Assembly (NCBI GenBank): GCA_905331295.1
Contig: CAJNYD010000015.1
Span: forward strand, 248,001-312,000
Length of the DNA: 64,000 nucleotides
Source of the DNA: Rotaria socialis
Taxonomy: Eukaryota
Reading direction: 5' to 3'
Below, in pieces: positions 50,201-63,899 of the stretch. Every line of letters starts with the position of its first letter. Position 1 is the stretch's first letter. The position numbers and the translations under genes are program-made. Under the pieces are notes generated by a model. That model saw only the letters and a program-made list of their open reading frames with translations, was not told where the DNA came from and did not search any database.

Positions 50201-52638
50201 AAAACTCATGTCGAACACTCAACCTACCATGGATTTAACTAAACAAGATGAAACTGATCTTTTTTCTTCTGTCGAATTAACGCTAAATAATTCTAAAGTA
50301 TGCTTACGTGAAAAATCAAATTATTTAGTCAATGTTCAAATTGAAGAACCAACAAAAATCTATCAATCACCTATTTCGTCTGTTATTCATTTTGAACCAA
50401 CTCCACTCATCAAACGTCTATTAAATATTAACGAAGTTTTACAAGATGATGATGATAGTAATGCTGATCGTAATAACAAAGAGGATGAACATCGTCAACA
50501 AAAAAAACGTTCATCAATATTAGCATCGTCAAGTACATCTCAAACAAATTTTTCCATATTAGAAAATGGACATGATAGTGGAATTATAGATGATTTTTCT
50601 GAACCATTAAATATAAATTTAGATTTTGAATATCTACCTGAATCTCATCCGGGTCCATCACCAGCATTGCTCTTACAAGCGTTAACATTATCGAATGCTG
50701 GCGATGGTTTTGATCTTGAACGTCTTGAAACAGTTGGTGATTCATTTTTGAAACAAGCTGTTACTGTCTATATTTATTGTACGTATACACAAGTGCATGA
50801 AGGGAAATTAAGTTTTTTTCGTTCGAAAATTGTCTCAAATTATAATCTCTATAAACTTGGCAAACGTAAATTATTTGGAGAATATTTAATTAGTACAAAA
50901 TTTGAACCATTTGAAAATTGGATTCCGTAAGTGTACAAATGAAAAGAATCTCTTTTTCGAATATTTTTCTTTGCTCAACTAGACCTTTGTTTACATCTGG
51001 ATCACCCAATGAATATGGTCTATTGTCAAGTTCTGGTGTAGAATTATGGACAAAATCTGAATCAACAACAAATGTCGATTGGATTGAACTACAAGAACGT
51101 CGTGAACAACGAAGACTAGCAAAAATTAATCTTCAATCATCATCACCAGCAGCATCAGTAGTACCAATACCATCAATTACCATGTTGAACAATCCAGCAC
51201 TAGCGACATTTTCTACAAAAACACCACCCAATGAACAAAATTGGACGCCATCATATGACCGTCGTACTCAACATTTAATATCCGATAAAAGTATTGCCGA
51301 TGCAGTGGAAGCTTTAATTGGTGCTTATTTAATTGCAAGTGGGCCAAAAGCTGCGCTTCGATTTATGGCTTGGCTTGGCATAAGAATATTTCCTAAACTT
51401 CGACTTGGTTCGTAATTCATTCTTAAATTATTTTGTTAAATTTATCTAAGAGAAAGGTTAATGAAATAAGTAATCTTAACGATGTTGTCTCTACTATGCT
51501 AAATTTTATCATCATCAGCTGATGCACTATCACCAGTCTAGTAAACTGTATCTATGGAAATTCTGTTTTTGTTTTAGAGGATGGAACAGAAATGACTGGT
51601 GAGCTTCCACCATTGCCATCACCCGTTGATTATTCAAATCCATCGATTTTATCAGCAGTTCAATCCTATGATTTCGATCGTTTTGAACAACTTATTGGCT
51701 ATCGTTTTCATCAACGAGCGTATCTCATTCAAGCATTTACGCATGCATCTTACTCCTATAATACAATAACAGATTGTTATCAACGATTAGAATTTCTTGG
51801 TGATGCCGTACTTGATTATGTTATAACTCGTTACCTATATGAAGTTAGTGAATTCATTTTTTTTGTCTTCGGAAAAATTATTTTTTCTTCTACTTTGCTT
51901 TTTTAGCATCCAAAACGTCATTCACCCGGTGAACTAACAGATCTTCGTTCTGCTCTAGTCAATAATAATATATTTGCATATATAGCTGTTAAATATGATT
52001 TTCATAAATATTTTCGTTGTCATTCAAATGAATTATTTCTATTGATTGATAAATTTGTTCAAGCCCAAAAAGATAAATCAACATGGTGCGGTTTCGACGA
52101 ATGTAATTTAGGTGATGATGATGATGAAAACGATGAATTTTTCTATTATGATTTTTTAACATCATCAGCATCGAATAATAAGGATACGTATAGTGCAACA
52201 ATGGCATGCGCAGCCGATGATGAACATCTATCGAATTCACACGATGAACAAAATGATGATTCAATTAATGAACCCGATGAATGGGAAGAAACTGAAGTTC
52301 CGAAATGCCTCGGTGATATATTTGAATCTGTTGCCGGTGCAATATTTCTGGACTCAAATAAATCATTTAATACAGTATGGAAAATATATTATCGGATGTT
52401 AAAACCATTTATTGAAAAATTTACAACGAAAGTTCCAAAATCGCCAATACGTGAACTACTGGAACTTGAACCTGAAACAGTGAAATTTGAAAAACCTGAA
52501 CGTTTACTTGATGGTCGAATACGCGTTACAGTTGAAATTATTGGTAAAGGACGTTTTAAAGGTGTTGGACGAAATTATCGAATAGCTAAAAATGCAGCGG
52601 CAAAATGCGCTCTAAAAAATTTACGTCGTCTTGATTAA
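44278..52638 (+). CDS. DICER1: Dicer-1 (helicase, DUF283, PAZ, 2x RNase III, dsRBD)
   Basis: DECH box, [14 protein letters not shown] (DUF283), PAZ ([11 protein letters not shown]), [41 protein letters not shown]-terminal dsRBD; first exon ends FTLPKYE. Confidence 0.96.
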
Positions 52639-53518
52639 GATGAAGAAATTCTTAGTGAAAAGAAAAAAAGAATACATTTTTCAGATATTTATTTTATTAT
52701 GCGTGAAATGCAATAGATTGAAACACGTTTGTTTTATCTGTTGATGAATAGAACAGCGAAGCTATTTATTTGCATTGTTAAAATTCGATCATTATTGTTT
52801 TTCTTTGTTTATTGATAAAAGTGTTGTATGTTTTTATTCGTTTCTCATATATTCAAAAAAAGCAAACTTCCGAAGTATGTTCGTTTTGATTGTTTTTTTT
52901 CTGTCTGTGATGGTTGTTTTTATTTATATATAAAAAGAAAAAAGAAAGAAGATAGAGTAAAAAAGAATGATCTGTTAACTCTCTCAAAACAATTCATTTC
53001 ATCATCAAAGAGTTTCAAGAATACTTGATCGGAAAAAGATCTCCATTTGAATGATGAATTTCACTGGTATCAGAGTAGCCTGTATCAATCAATTACTCAA
53101 TAAAAATTCAAAGATGAAACTCATGAATAGGATGGAAATTGTCACGACTATCCTCTAGAAAATGATCAAGATCATCTTCTAAGTTTAAAAATCAAAATGA
53201 TCATCTTTTTTTTTGTTCAAATCTCACAGAAACTCATCATTAGTTTATTCTCACACAGAGAAATCTCTGCTTGTTCTATCAGTTTTTTCAGAACATATTC
53301 TACTGTAACTCTGAACTTTATATATAGCTCATAATATATGCATCCTACATATATTCTCAACGTCGATGTGGTAAAAGTTCATTTTAACTCGATGTCCTGA
53401 AAATTTTGTTAACTATCTGCCGTAGTGAGGAAATTTAGAAACATTTTCCTCTCAGAATTACTGCCTTGAGTATGTTAACCTGGTCGTTCTTTTTTTGTTT
53501 AACTATGGACGTGCTTTA

Positions 53519-54020
53519 TGTAATGCGATGCGAAGCATAGCATTTCTGTAGTTCGTCGCGTACGCATCCAAATTCAGTATTCTTGTGGCGCGATGATCTC
53601 AAGAACTGAATTTCGTCTGATGCTCGTTCAAACGGTATTAGTAACATTAAAATCTCTATATCATACAAATTTTGTCCGATTTCTCCTGTCGAATTCGGTT
53701 TGGGTAAAGTAAAATGTGGACCGCATATTTCAGTTAGTCGATGCGATGCAGTGAGACTTGGCCTTCATTTAGCCATAATTAAAATGACGTCATAGGCAAA
53801 TACTAGCCACACGTATGTCTGTTCACAGCTGATTATAGATAATAAATCATACAGATAATTAATCAATCAATCGAAATCGTTCTTTAAGAACATATCGCTA
53901 AATATGAATAGAGTTTTCCTAGAGATGAATTTCATCATGTCTACATTAAAAGAGTGAAATATTTCTTCGAATTGAAAATCTTTCGTAGTAGATCCGATTC
54001 GAGCTTCGCATCGCATTTCG
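53519..54020. mobile_element. MITE-like element with TA target-site duplication
   Basis: Perfect 15-bp inverted repeat AATGCGATGCGAAGC (53522-53536) / GCTTCGCATCGCATT (54003-54017), extendable to 18 bp with 2 mismatches, TA on both flanks. Confidence 0.6.
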
Positions 54021-54290
54021 TATACGAGTGAAACTCGAATGCCATCTAGTTCATTCTATTGATTTTTATTTTGTATTTATCATTAGTTATGATTCGTCAA
54101 TGGCGTGTGCATATAGTAAGAGTCAATATTCCGTGCAAAAGAAAGAAAAACAAAAAGTAGGTGATTCACTTATGTTTTTACGCCTTACATAATTTGAAAA
54201 GAAAAGGATATACCAATAAAGAACTAGTTTTATAACACATACAAGCATTGCACATCAAAACACTTCAATCGAATACCACAAACAATAAAC

Positions 54291-54667
54291 ATGAGTGAGT
54301 TTCAAAATGTGCACTAGAATGTTTAGTTATTTATTTATTTTTGTAAAGGTTTTATAACAAGAAAATTAGAGGAAAAACTTGGTGTCGATTTGAATGGAGA
54401 TGGCCGAATTGGAGGACCTGGATTGGCTGCTAAAATTGAAGCAGCTACTCATGTAGATCTCAATCGTGATGGAATCATTGGTGGATATCGGCCACCAGCG
54501 GACGGAGGTAAAAGAAAAGCAAACGTTGAAGTGCAACTTACTAATTCTTTATCTTATTGATAGGATTGGTTGGAAAACTTGAAAAAGCAACACATATTGA
54601 TTTTAATAAAGACGGTCGCATCGGTGGTCGACCTGGTGTTTATCCACCTCAACCACATCATAAATAA
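54291..54667 (+). CDS. 88-aa protein of three tandem DxNxDG repeats (3 exons; not in ORF track)
   Basis: Exons 54291-54294, 54349-54507, 54564-54667; 54- and 56-nt GT-AG introns; MSFITRKLEEKLGVDLNGDGRIGGPGLAAKIEAATHVDLNRDGIIGGYRPPADGGLVGKLEKATHIDFNKDGRIGGRPGVYPPQPHHK. Confidence 0.85.
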
Positions 54668-55956
54668 TATTTCGAAGTTCAATATAACAATACTCGTTCT
54701 TAATGCAGCTATCTGTAATTAACTTTTGTCCTTGCCTATACATTTTATTAATCATTAACTAATTCTTATGACCTATTATAATCGATTTTTGTTCCATTTG
54801 ATATAAGCAAAATTAATAATCCTATAATTATATTTCCTTTCAAGTATTGCCTTTTTTTTCTTTGTCAGAGATCATTCATTCACGAAACAGTAATACATGT
54901 GTTTGCAAGTTTATCATAGTGAATTCAAAGCAGCATTTACTATTGGTTACTCAACATTTTTGCATGATGAACGGATAAAATATCTAATAGATAACTAAAA
55001 TGTTTCATCATTCTCTTATGCTGGAACCAAATACTGATTTCAAGTTCGTTTAAGCTTCTTCCTCTTGTATATTATTTGACAACTTGTACTCGATATTTAA
55101 TTAAAGATGTTTAAATATTCTCGTATATCAACAGGTGATATATACTTTTGCTTTTAATTGACATAAAAGCATTGGTAATATTTATTATATCATGTGTCTT
55201 CGATAAGCTTATCTTAAATACACATTAGTGATCGATCATGCTACAAAACAAAATCGGATCATATCGTCCTATAAATACACCGGAAATCGTAGACGATATT
55301 TTACGGTCATCAAGAGCATTTGAAAGAGAGGCTGACTAATACCAAATGAAATTGAAAGTATAAATTTTCTTAAGTTGAATTTCATACCTACTGCTAACAC
55401 TGATTTTATATAAAGTCAAAAAACGATGACTTATGACTGCCGAATAGTATGATTGAGCTCCCAAATTTGATGGAACTTGTGATTAACTTGCCATTTTGTG
55501 TGATTTATTTTTAAGATCATTTATATGCTTTGTTTTACTTAGAATTCAATCAATTAAATAATTATAATCACCAAACGTATGTTATGTTAGTTCCATAAAT
55601 GTTCTTGATACAAGTGCGATAAGTAGGTTAACAATAAAAACAAAATCCCTTATTGAATCATTCAAAGGAGGTTTGATAAAAACAAATCTAAGAGCTGTAT
55701 TCACAAGACAATATGTGATTGCTGAATGCTCAACTAGATCGCTACTCGGTAATTATCGTCAATGTATTTCCTCCTCGAACAATATTGAATTCTATTCAAT
55801 GTCATAAAACATGAAAAGATTTTCTTATTATCAAAAAATCTATCGCTTTCAATGTTTAGATAAGCAAAGATGATTGAGACATACTTATAGTCTTATTTTA
55901 TTATTGATAAATATAACTTTTTATAGAAAAGTTCAGGTCAAAAATAAAATTTTATT

Positions 55957-57031
55957 TCAACAGTTAATAATATGTGGCCCTTTGAAATTATTTTCTTCTT
56001 GTTTTAAATCAATGATATCTTGTGAGCCAGTAACAATCAAACGATATGAATGTGCTAAAATAAATTGATGCATTTCATGTAAACTCACGTCAATACGAAA
56101 TGATCCATTATTATTATTATTATTATTCACTAATCCTAATTGAATAAAATTAACATATTTCATTGAATCACTTGATGCAATTTTTTCCGCAGAATTTGTA
56201 TTGGAAAATAATGTCATATTAAAATAATCAAGACTGTGTTCCGGCACGAGTGTGATAGTAACAAATTGATTGGGTTTACAATTAAAATTGTAATTATCTG
56301 TTTCATCACTTACACTGATTTTACCAAATATCATAAATGAACAATCTAATTCTTCGCCGACATGCGATTCATCAAGAACTTCAACTAAGTCAAAATCACG
56401 AATTTCGTTTGTTGACCATTTTACATGCACAGTATTATGATTTTCTAAATTCATTGTATTATGAGGACCGGTGGGTCCAAGTGCACCTAGTGGACCCAAA
56501 GCTCCTAATGGTCCCAGAGGTCCTAAAATACCCCATAAGCCTAGTGCTTGTAAATGTTTACCAAAATCATTGATCGAAGGAAGTGTTGTATGATAGGATT
56601 CAGATGACAACGGACCTGCTGAAGAAAGTGGATTATTAGAAAGTCCAAATAACATATTCGATGTAGTCCAATCGATTATTTCATTTGATGGAAATTTCCA
56701 AGCCGTAGGATTCCATGCATGATATCCAATTGGACCCATTACGCCTAGTGGACCATAGGCACTAAAGATATTAAATATGAATCCAATTATATTTTAATAA
56801 TCGTCTCCAATTTTACCTTAGTGGACCATGTGAACCTAAAGCGGAACTTGGACTTAAATAAAATTCACATGATAATCCACCGCAATCGACTGGATATGGT
56901 TCAACTAAATCTATATCTTGATGTAATGCTTCAAGACTTGATGCAGTAACATATGGACCGTAACATGTTTTTGTTGTTAATGAAATTTGAAAAATACTGA
57001 CAGATACTAATAATAAATAAATAGATTCCAT
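55957..57031 (-). CDS. Secreted 339-aa protein with Gly-Pro/Ala-Leu triplet tracts and a C-terminal beta-rich (PPC-like) domain
   Basis: Signal-peptide-like MESIYLLLVSVSIFQISLT; 55-nt intron 56762-56816 joins two ORFs in frame; GLWGILGPLGPLGALGPLGALGPTGPH. Confidence 0.85.
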
Positions 57032-58650
57032 TTTTTTACAGATCATTAAAGTGAATGCGTTGAGCTGATTAAAAGCAATTCGGATGACGAAATACATTGT
57101 ATTTATAGGCTACTTTTCTTGATGTGAGAGAAAAACGGCAGATGGGTCAATATTTGAATAAAATCACAGATTATTAAACTCTTGTTCCTTTGGACTCATG
57201 AAAATATCGAAATTCTCTATGTGGCATTCTTAAAATAACTATAGTTCAGAAATATGTACTAATCGAATTTTATCATCATTCTTATAATTAGAATTCATAT
57301 TCAATAAGATAAATTCAGTTTTTTTGAAGCGAAATTATTTTATTTAACACATTAATTAATCAAAATAAGAATGATTTAGGTACACTTGTACTTTTAGCTA
57401 ACAATGTATTTTGCTTTTCGGATCATATCGTCGTTCGTCAATAGAAAAAGTACATTTATCATTTCTTATCAGTTGTTTTCACAGTAACCCTGCATTTTAT
57501 TCTCATAAGCGTACGAATGAAAATAAAAATATTTCGCTTTTTACTGATTGCCTATCTTCCAGTGTATTCAAGACCACAATCAAAACTAACCTTCATTGAA
57601 TATAATACATAAATTCGATGATAGATTTTGACAATTCAGCACATATTCTCAAAAAAAAAACTAATATCCGACATTTCATAACGACTTCAATATGATGGCT
57701 AGTGTTCATTGTATCATTTTTATTTGAAAAGATCAGAATACTGGGACCATTCCCTACATAAAAGATAGTCACGAGTTCGCTATTTGTCTATTAGACTAAG
57801 AAACTAAGTTCGTCTTCTCTTGTATTTCCATCTTTCTTCAAACGCATCAAAGCATTGATTTTGTTTTTCGTAGTTAAATCTCCAGACTATTGATAGTCAT
57901 GCACTCGTTTTATAGTAGTCAATGATTCTATTATAAATAAAAGAGATTTCTATCGAAATAATACTCCATGATTTGTAAAATATTTTTCTTTTGTTTTACC
58001 AAAATGACATCCGAAATCATTTTATTGTGATAATTATCTCTAACGTTGACTATTTCATTTAGTAGTCGATTCTCAAAGCTAATTGCTTATAAATTCATTT
58101 CTTCGAAAATTTATTTAAACTGAAAAAATAGACCATTATTTATTGTTGCACTTCTAGAATAGTGACCTAGATGTTGCATTGTTTAAGTTTACACAAGAAA
58201 TAAAACAAATAGATTGACTCATTAAGTAAAAGTTGCGAAGGAAATACAATTTTCACATTACATAACGCGCATTTATTATGACCTTCATGTTGTCAATCGC
58301 GTTCATTGACAAGCAGCTTAGTAAACGGAAGAGTTGTAACTATAAGCTGGTACTCACTAGTAGTTTAACTATTTCAAGAGCGATTCATTGTGAGAATTCG
58401 TTTTTTTTTCAAACATATATTTCAAAAGGACAAAAGAACTGTCATGATTTTCAAATACTGCTCAAATATTCTACTCTATGACAAAAATGACTACATCCTA
58501 TAATATGAATACACAAAAAAAAACAAAATAATAATAATTTGATCAAAAACAAATACATAAAACTTCTTTTTTTTGTCAACATCACTTTTTTTGAGCACAA
58601 ATAGAAGGAAACTTTGAAATAGAAAAAATATCCTGTCTAAGAAAAATGTT

Positions 58651-61600
58651 TCACGGATATACACTAGGTGCTTTTGTAAATTGTGTCAAAGATGTTGTCG
58701 TAAATGGTGGTGGAAGTGCATCATTAAACACGCTTGCGTATGTCGTTTTAAGAGAGTTCACATAATTTTGCATAGATCGATTATTATTATTTGATTGTTC
58801 AAGTTTATCCCGTAGCTCACCTAACTGAGACGTATAACGTCGTTCGACTTCATCTTTTTCGCGTTTCAATTGAGTACATTCAAGTCGAAGTTTTGATATT
58901 TGTTGCTCAAGATCGCTTATTCGTTGCTGAAAAAGACGTTCCTATTAAAGAAAAAATACTTCTAAAGAATTTTTGAAACTATATCGAATACTTACTTTAG
59001 AACCAAATGAATCTTCTCGAGCTTTAATATCTGTTTGTGTTAAACTAATTTGTTTGTTCATTGATGCTAATTCATATGACTTGGCATTCAGACGAGACTA
59101 AATAAAAATGCAATGAAAACTATCTAAGCCTTAAATTATTCATCCAAAATACGATTCAATGAGTTTAACCGTTCTATATAAGTTAAAAATAAATATTTAT
59201 ATCGAAATTTATTTCCTGGAAGAAAGAAAGTCAGACAATTTGATGTTAGATAAAACGCAACGAGATAGATAAAATCATGCAGGACAATTGAACATGTCGA
59301 GCACATTTTTGTTGTGGTTCAACTGCTCGTTTCAATGCAACTTCCCACATCTCAATCGATAATGAACTTGAAGAAATCTACTATATAGCTATTAGTGATG
59401 AGAATTAAACGCAAATGGTATAGTCAAGAAAAATGTTTTTCTTTTCAAGTAAATCGAAAATTTACTTTGAAATACAACAAATATGCATTGGAAAATGTTT
59501 TTGATTACATTAATTATTCCCATCACGTATTGTCTTAACTATGAGTATTTTTTGACAGAAAAGTCCCAGGCTGTCATATCAACACACTCAATTGGCAAAA
59601 GTATAGATAATTAAGTTTTCTACAAACAACAGAGTTCTACATTTGGTTCTATAAGCGAGAACTAACATCGACTGTTTTCGATTGTTTCAAGAATTTTCTT
59701 CATTCATATTGTCTATCACTTTCAATGAATCTACTATTTTTTTCTTGACATCATTATTTTTGACACAGTGAAGAGTTATTGAAAAAGAATGTCTTCTATA
59801 CCTGAGTATTTCGTAATGCTTCTTCTTTAGCACTGAGATTTCTTAATAGATTATCATTGTCTTCTTCCAAAGTTATCATTTGTCTAAATATAAATTCAAA
59901 TGTAAAAACCAAAATTATCCTGTTTACATACCGTTGAAGACCATCAATTTTTTGTTGAAGCCCTCTATAATCATCATCGAATGAATAATTACTATCTTTT
60001 ATTCTATCAATAATTTGGTTTTGTGTACTCATCTAAAAATGGAATATTAAAATAGATGCCTTCTTTTTTTCTCTGATCTAGGCGTTTTTACTTTTGAAGT
60101 AAGTTCATGAATAAGAGAAGATTGATCAGCTAAGCGTCTGTCTTGTTCAAGAAGACGTGTTTCAAGTTCTTGATTTTTCATTTCAGCTTGTCGTAAGTAT
60201 TCGGGTAATGGTTCAAGTTCCTCAAGTCGTTTTTGTAATCGAACACGCATTTTTTCAAAGTCTATTTCAGATAAATGTGTTTTACTATTATCAACCGATG
60301 CTTTCAATGTTTGGGTATGTAATTGTTCTTTATATTCGCCAACTAAACGTTCAGCATGTTCAAGTTTAGTGCGTAAGCGAACGATTTCAGATTGTGCGTC
60401 AACTAATACTTCATTGGGATCAGCATATATTTGTCTTTCGAGTTCCTCTATTTGACGATCTCGATCCATTAATTGAGCTTGTAACTTTTCAACGGTTAAT
60501 CCTTTGGTTTTAGCAACAACAGCGGGAGCAGTGGACGATGATGCATTAGGGAACATAGGTGTACGTCTGATGGACCGATGAAGATTATCGCATTGATGGC
60601 GACTACGTTGTAGATCGCGTTCCAATGACTAAAAATTACATAGAAATACTTTATTTATAAATGAAGTTTTTGATATCATTAGATAGTTTGCGTGAGTTTA
60701 TGGAGTGCATGGATCAAAGAGATGCAGCATCTTGAATCAAAAGAATACCCTCACAAATAATATCGAGTGATGAAACTAAGTGATGACATTGATAATATGT
60801 CGAAAGAATTTAACAAAAAAGCGACAACAATCTTCAAAAGAACAACTCAATTATTACGAGTATGATTGATTGATACTCATTTGATTGTTACTTCGATGTC
60901 CGTTGTCAACTATTACGTAAAGGAACAAAGACGTCCCATAGCGGAAATAATTATTTTTACTCCCGCACTCTCTTTCAGGCCATTTTCCTTTTAAAAATTC
61001 AATTTCAATGGTTATATTCGTTTTTAAAAATAAAATATTCAACAACAGTCAACTGTTATTGAATTTGTAACGAATGAAACGAAAAGAAAAGTTGATATTA
61101 TAGTTAATTTCATACCCTTAGACCGCATTGAAGTCGATTAATTTCTCCTTCCTTTGCGTAAAGCTCTCGTTGAAGATGAGCACGATTTTGTTCTAGTGAT
61201 GTTTTCATTGTATCAAATCCAATAGCATGCGTTCTTATACGTTCAAGTTCTGTTTGTAAAGCAATATTGTCATTTTCTCGATCAAGTAAAAGACGTCTTA
61301 TTTGTCCATTTTCACTTTCAAGCTCATGTATACGTGTTAAGATGGTGTCATTCTTTTCATTGATAATACCATGTTCAGCTTCTAAATGATATTGATGTCG
61401 AATAAAATCTTTAAGTTTATTATTTGAATATTCAAATTGTTCAATTAAATGCAATAATTGATTACGATGTTGGCGTAGTTGTTCGACTTCGAATGATATC
61501 GGTTGATCGTCCTAAAAGTGTTTTATATAAAGCAACAAAGAGAAACTTTTAACAAATAAATTCTCTTCTTGACATGTATGTTCAAAAATGAAGCCGCTTA

Positions 61601-63899
61601 ACAATAGACAAATTGGTTACAAAAAAACTTTTTCCTTGTGACCAACTCTTCTAGAAGCCATAACTTGAGTACAAGTATTCTTTTTTAATGCTTAGATATT
61701 TAGAGTTATACATACAATTTTAAGTTTTATGCTTCATTTCTTTTTCTTCATTTCTTTCGGGACATTCATAGAAGTTAGAACCCTTACCGAAACAGTATTG
61801 CAATATTGTTTTATCTACAACTACAATCATTCTTTCAAGGACAAAATATAATATAAGGTTAAATTAGCGTATTTGACGGCAATCTAAACTTACTTTACTT
61901 TGTCGTAAACTCAGCTTCGAAATAAGAATACTAATTCACATGAAAATAGATATGAGTTTGATGAGAAAGAAATGAAAACGATATAAAGAAGATGTACAGC
62001 GTTGAAATTTATCTAAATATTTTACAACAATACTTGCAATAAAAGTGCAGCGTTTAAATGAGTTGGTCAAAAAAGAAACTTGTCTAGTGCTCTATAAATG
62101 TCTCCCTCTCTATATGCATATATTTATATAGACATAGTAATATATGTATATATATATATATGTAAACCACAAATTGAAAGTAAGAAAAAGAAATGAAATA
62201 GAAGAGTTTGTTCTTTTTCTTTTTCTTTTTCTTTTTACTCTTCAATTTCTTTTATGCCATCAGTAGTAGGTCGATTTTACGACATTCTATGTCTCAACAT
62301 CCATACATATACATATACATATACATTTGACACTCAATGTAATTGTTTCAATACATAAAACGTCTTTGTGTCGATGGTGTGTATGCAGAAGAAAATGTAA
62401 GAAACGAACGACAATGTAAAACATTTCAACTCAGATTTCATTGTCAATTTTGATTCTACAGTGATGTTATTTTACGCGTACAAACACGAAAAAAGCAAAT
62501 ATTTCTTTTTTATTTTCTATTGAAGTGTTTGTGTTTGAAAGAAAATAATTATTTACAAATTCAATCAGACGAAAATGAGTCTAAACATGGGTAAGAAATT
62601 TTCGTTTTTTTTTTCAAATAAAATTTCAAATGTAAATAGATCTGATACTTCATCCACATCGAATAATAGCCTAATAGATGGTATATTTTTCTTTGTTGTA
62701 ATTTGATCAGTATGTTATACATAAAGTGATCTGAGTAAATACATACGAGTTTAAGTTTTGTTAGAATATCTTTAACCGATGATAATTGTTTAGTAATTTG
62801 TGAAATGTCGGCTTCAGATTCTGATAATGATATTAATAGACGTTCACGGTCTGGATTGAGATAAATCGGCCCTCGTACTGGTGTTGTACTACGTGCACGT
62901 CGTCTACATGAATCAAATAATTTATGTGAGATTAGTATGAAAAGTAAAAATGTGATTTTAGTGTACCTGTCCCCAAGCGGATCATCTTTAAACGAAATTT
63001 TGGATGTTGCTCGATAGTTTCGTTGTTCATCAGCACTTGCTGAACGATGATTATCACGTAAAGGTGGTGATGAATGAGAAAGTCGTGATGGATATATGTT
63101 TGCTGTTGATGTTGTTGTTCGTTGAGATTGTTCAAGATTACGTATTGATGAATTAATATCTTCACGAAGTTGATCAGCTTGCTCTTGATTAAGACGATTT
63201 CGTGCCTTAAGAAAAATCAATCAGCTGCAAAGAAAAGAAAACATTTTAAAATGTTTTTATTTACTTTCTCTTTCAACATTCCAACATTTTCAATTAATCC
63301 TTGAATACGTTTTTCATATGTTTGGATTTCATTTTGAAGTTTTTCATCTTGCTCTTTCAAAACATTTGGTATTTGACTCTGTTGCTTTTGTTTATCATGC
63401 TCATTTGTTTGACTACCTTCATCATCAACATCATCACTAACAATATTATCAATAGTAGGATTGATTTCCAAGCGTCCTTTTGAGCCCTAAGTAAATGAAA
63501 AGCAAATTAAAAAAGAAGAAAAATGATGAAATAAAAAGAAAGTCCTATACCTGCCAAGAAAACTTCTGTAATTTAGTTGAGCGACCTGGCGGTGGAACCC
63601 TATATATACATATGATTAAACTAAAAACGTTCATCTATATATCATTTATTTTACCATCGATCTCGATTAGGTGATGGACTACGAGAACTAACAGGCACAA
63701 CCTGTTTCGGTTGAGCAACTGGCTGAGGAATTTGAGAAGGTTTTGTTTTAACTTTATTGGTTACGCATGTACGCATTCTAGTTGCTTGACGCCCTCCACG
63801 ATTTACTGGTGTAGTACTCTTTTTAACATACGATCCACCATGACGACTACCATGCCAGTCACTTTCAACATGAACATTTACAGGCGTGACAGCGTGCAT
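58651..63899 (-). CDS. ODF2: Outer dense fiber protein 2/cenexin-like
   Basis: TPVNVHV, KVKTK, WVPPPGRS...RLEINP, LEELEPLPEYLRQAE, RSMQNYVNSLKTTYASVF resemble ODF2. The ATG at 63899 follows an acceptor, so an upstream exon probably lies outside the window. Confidence 0.85.
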
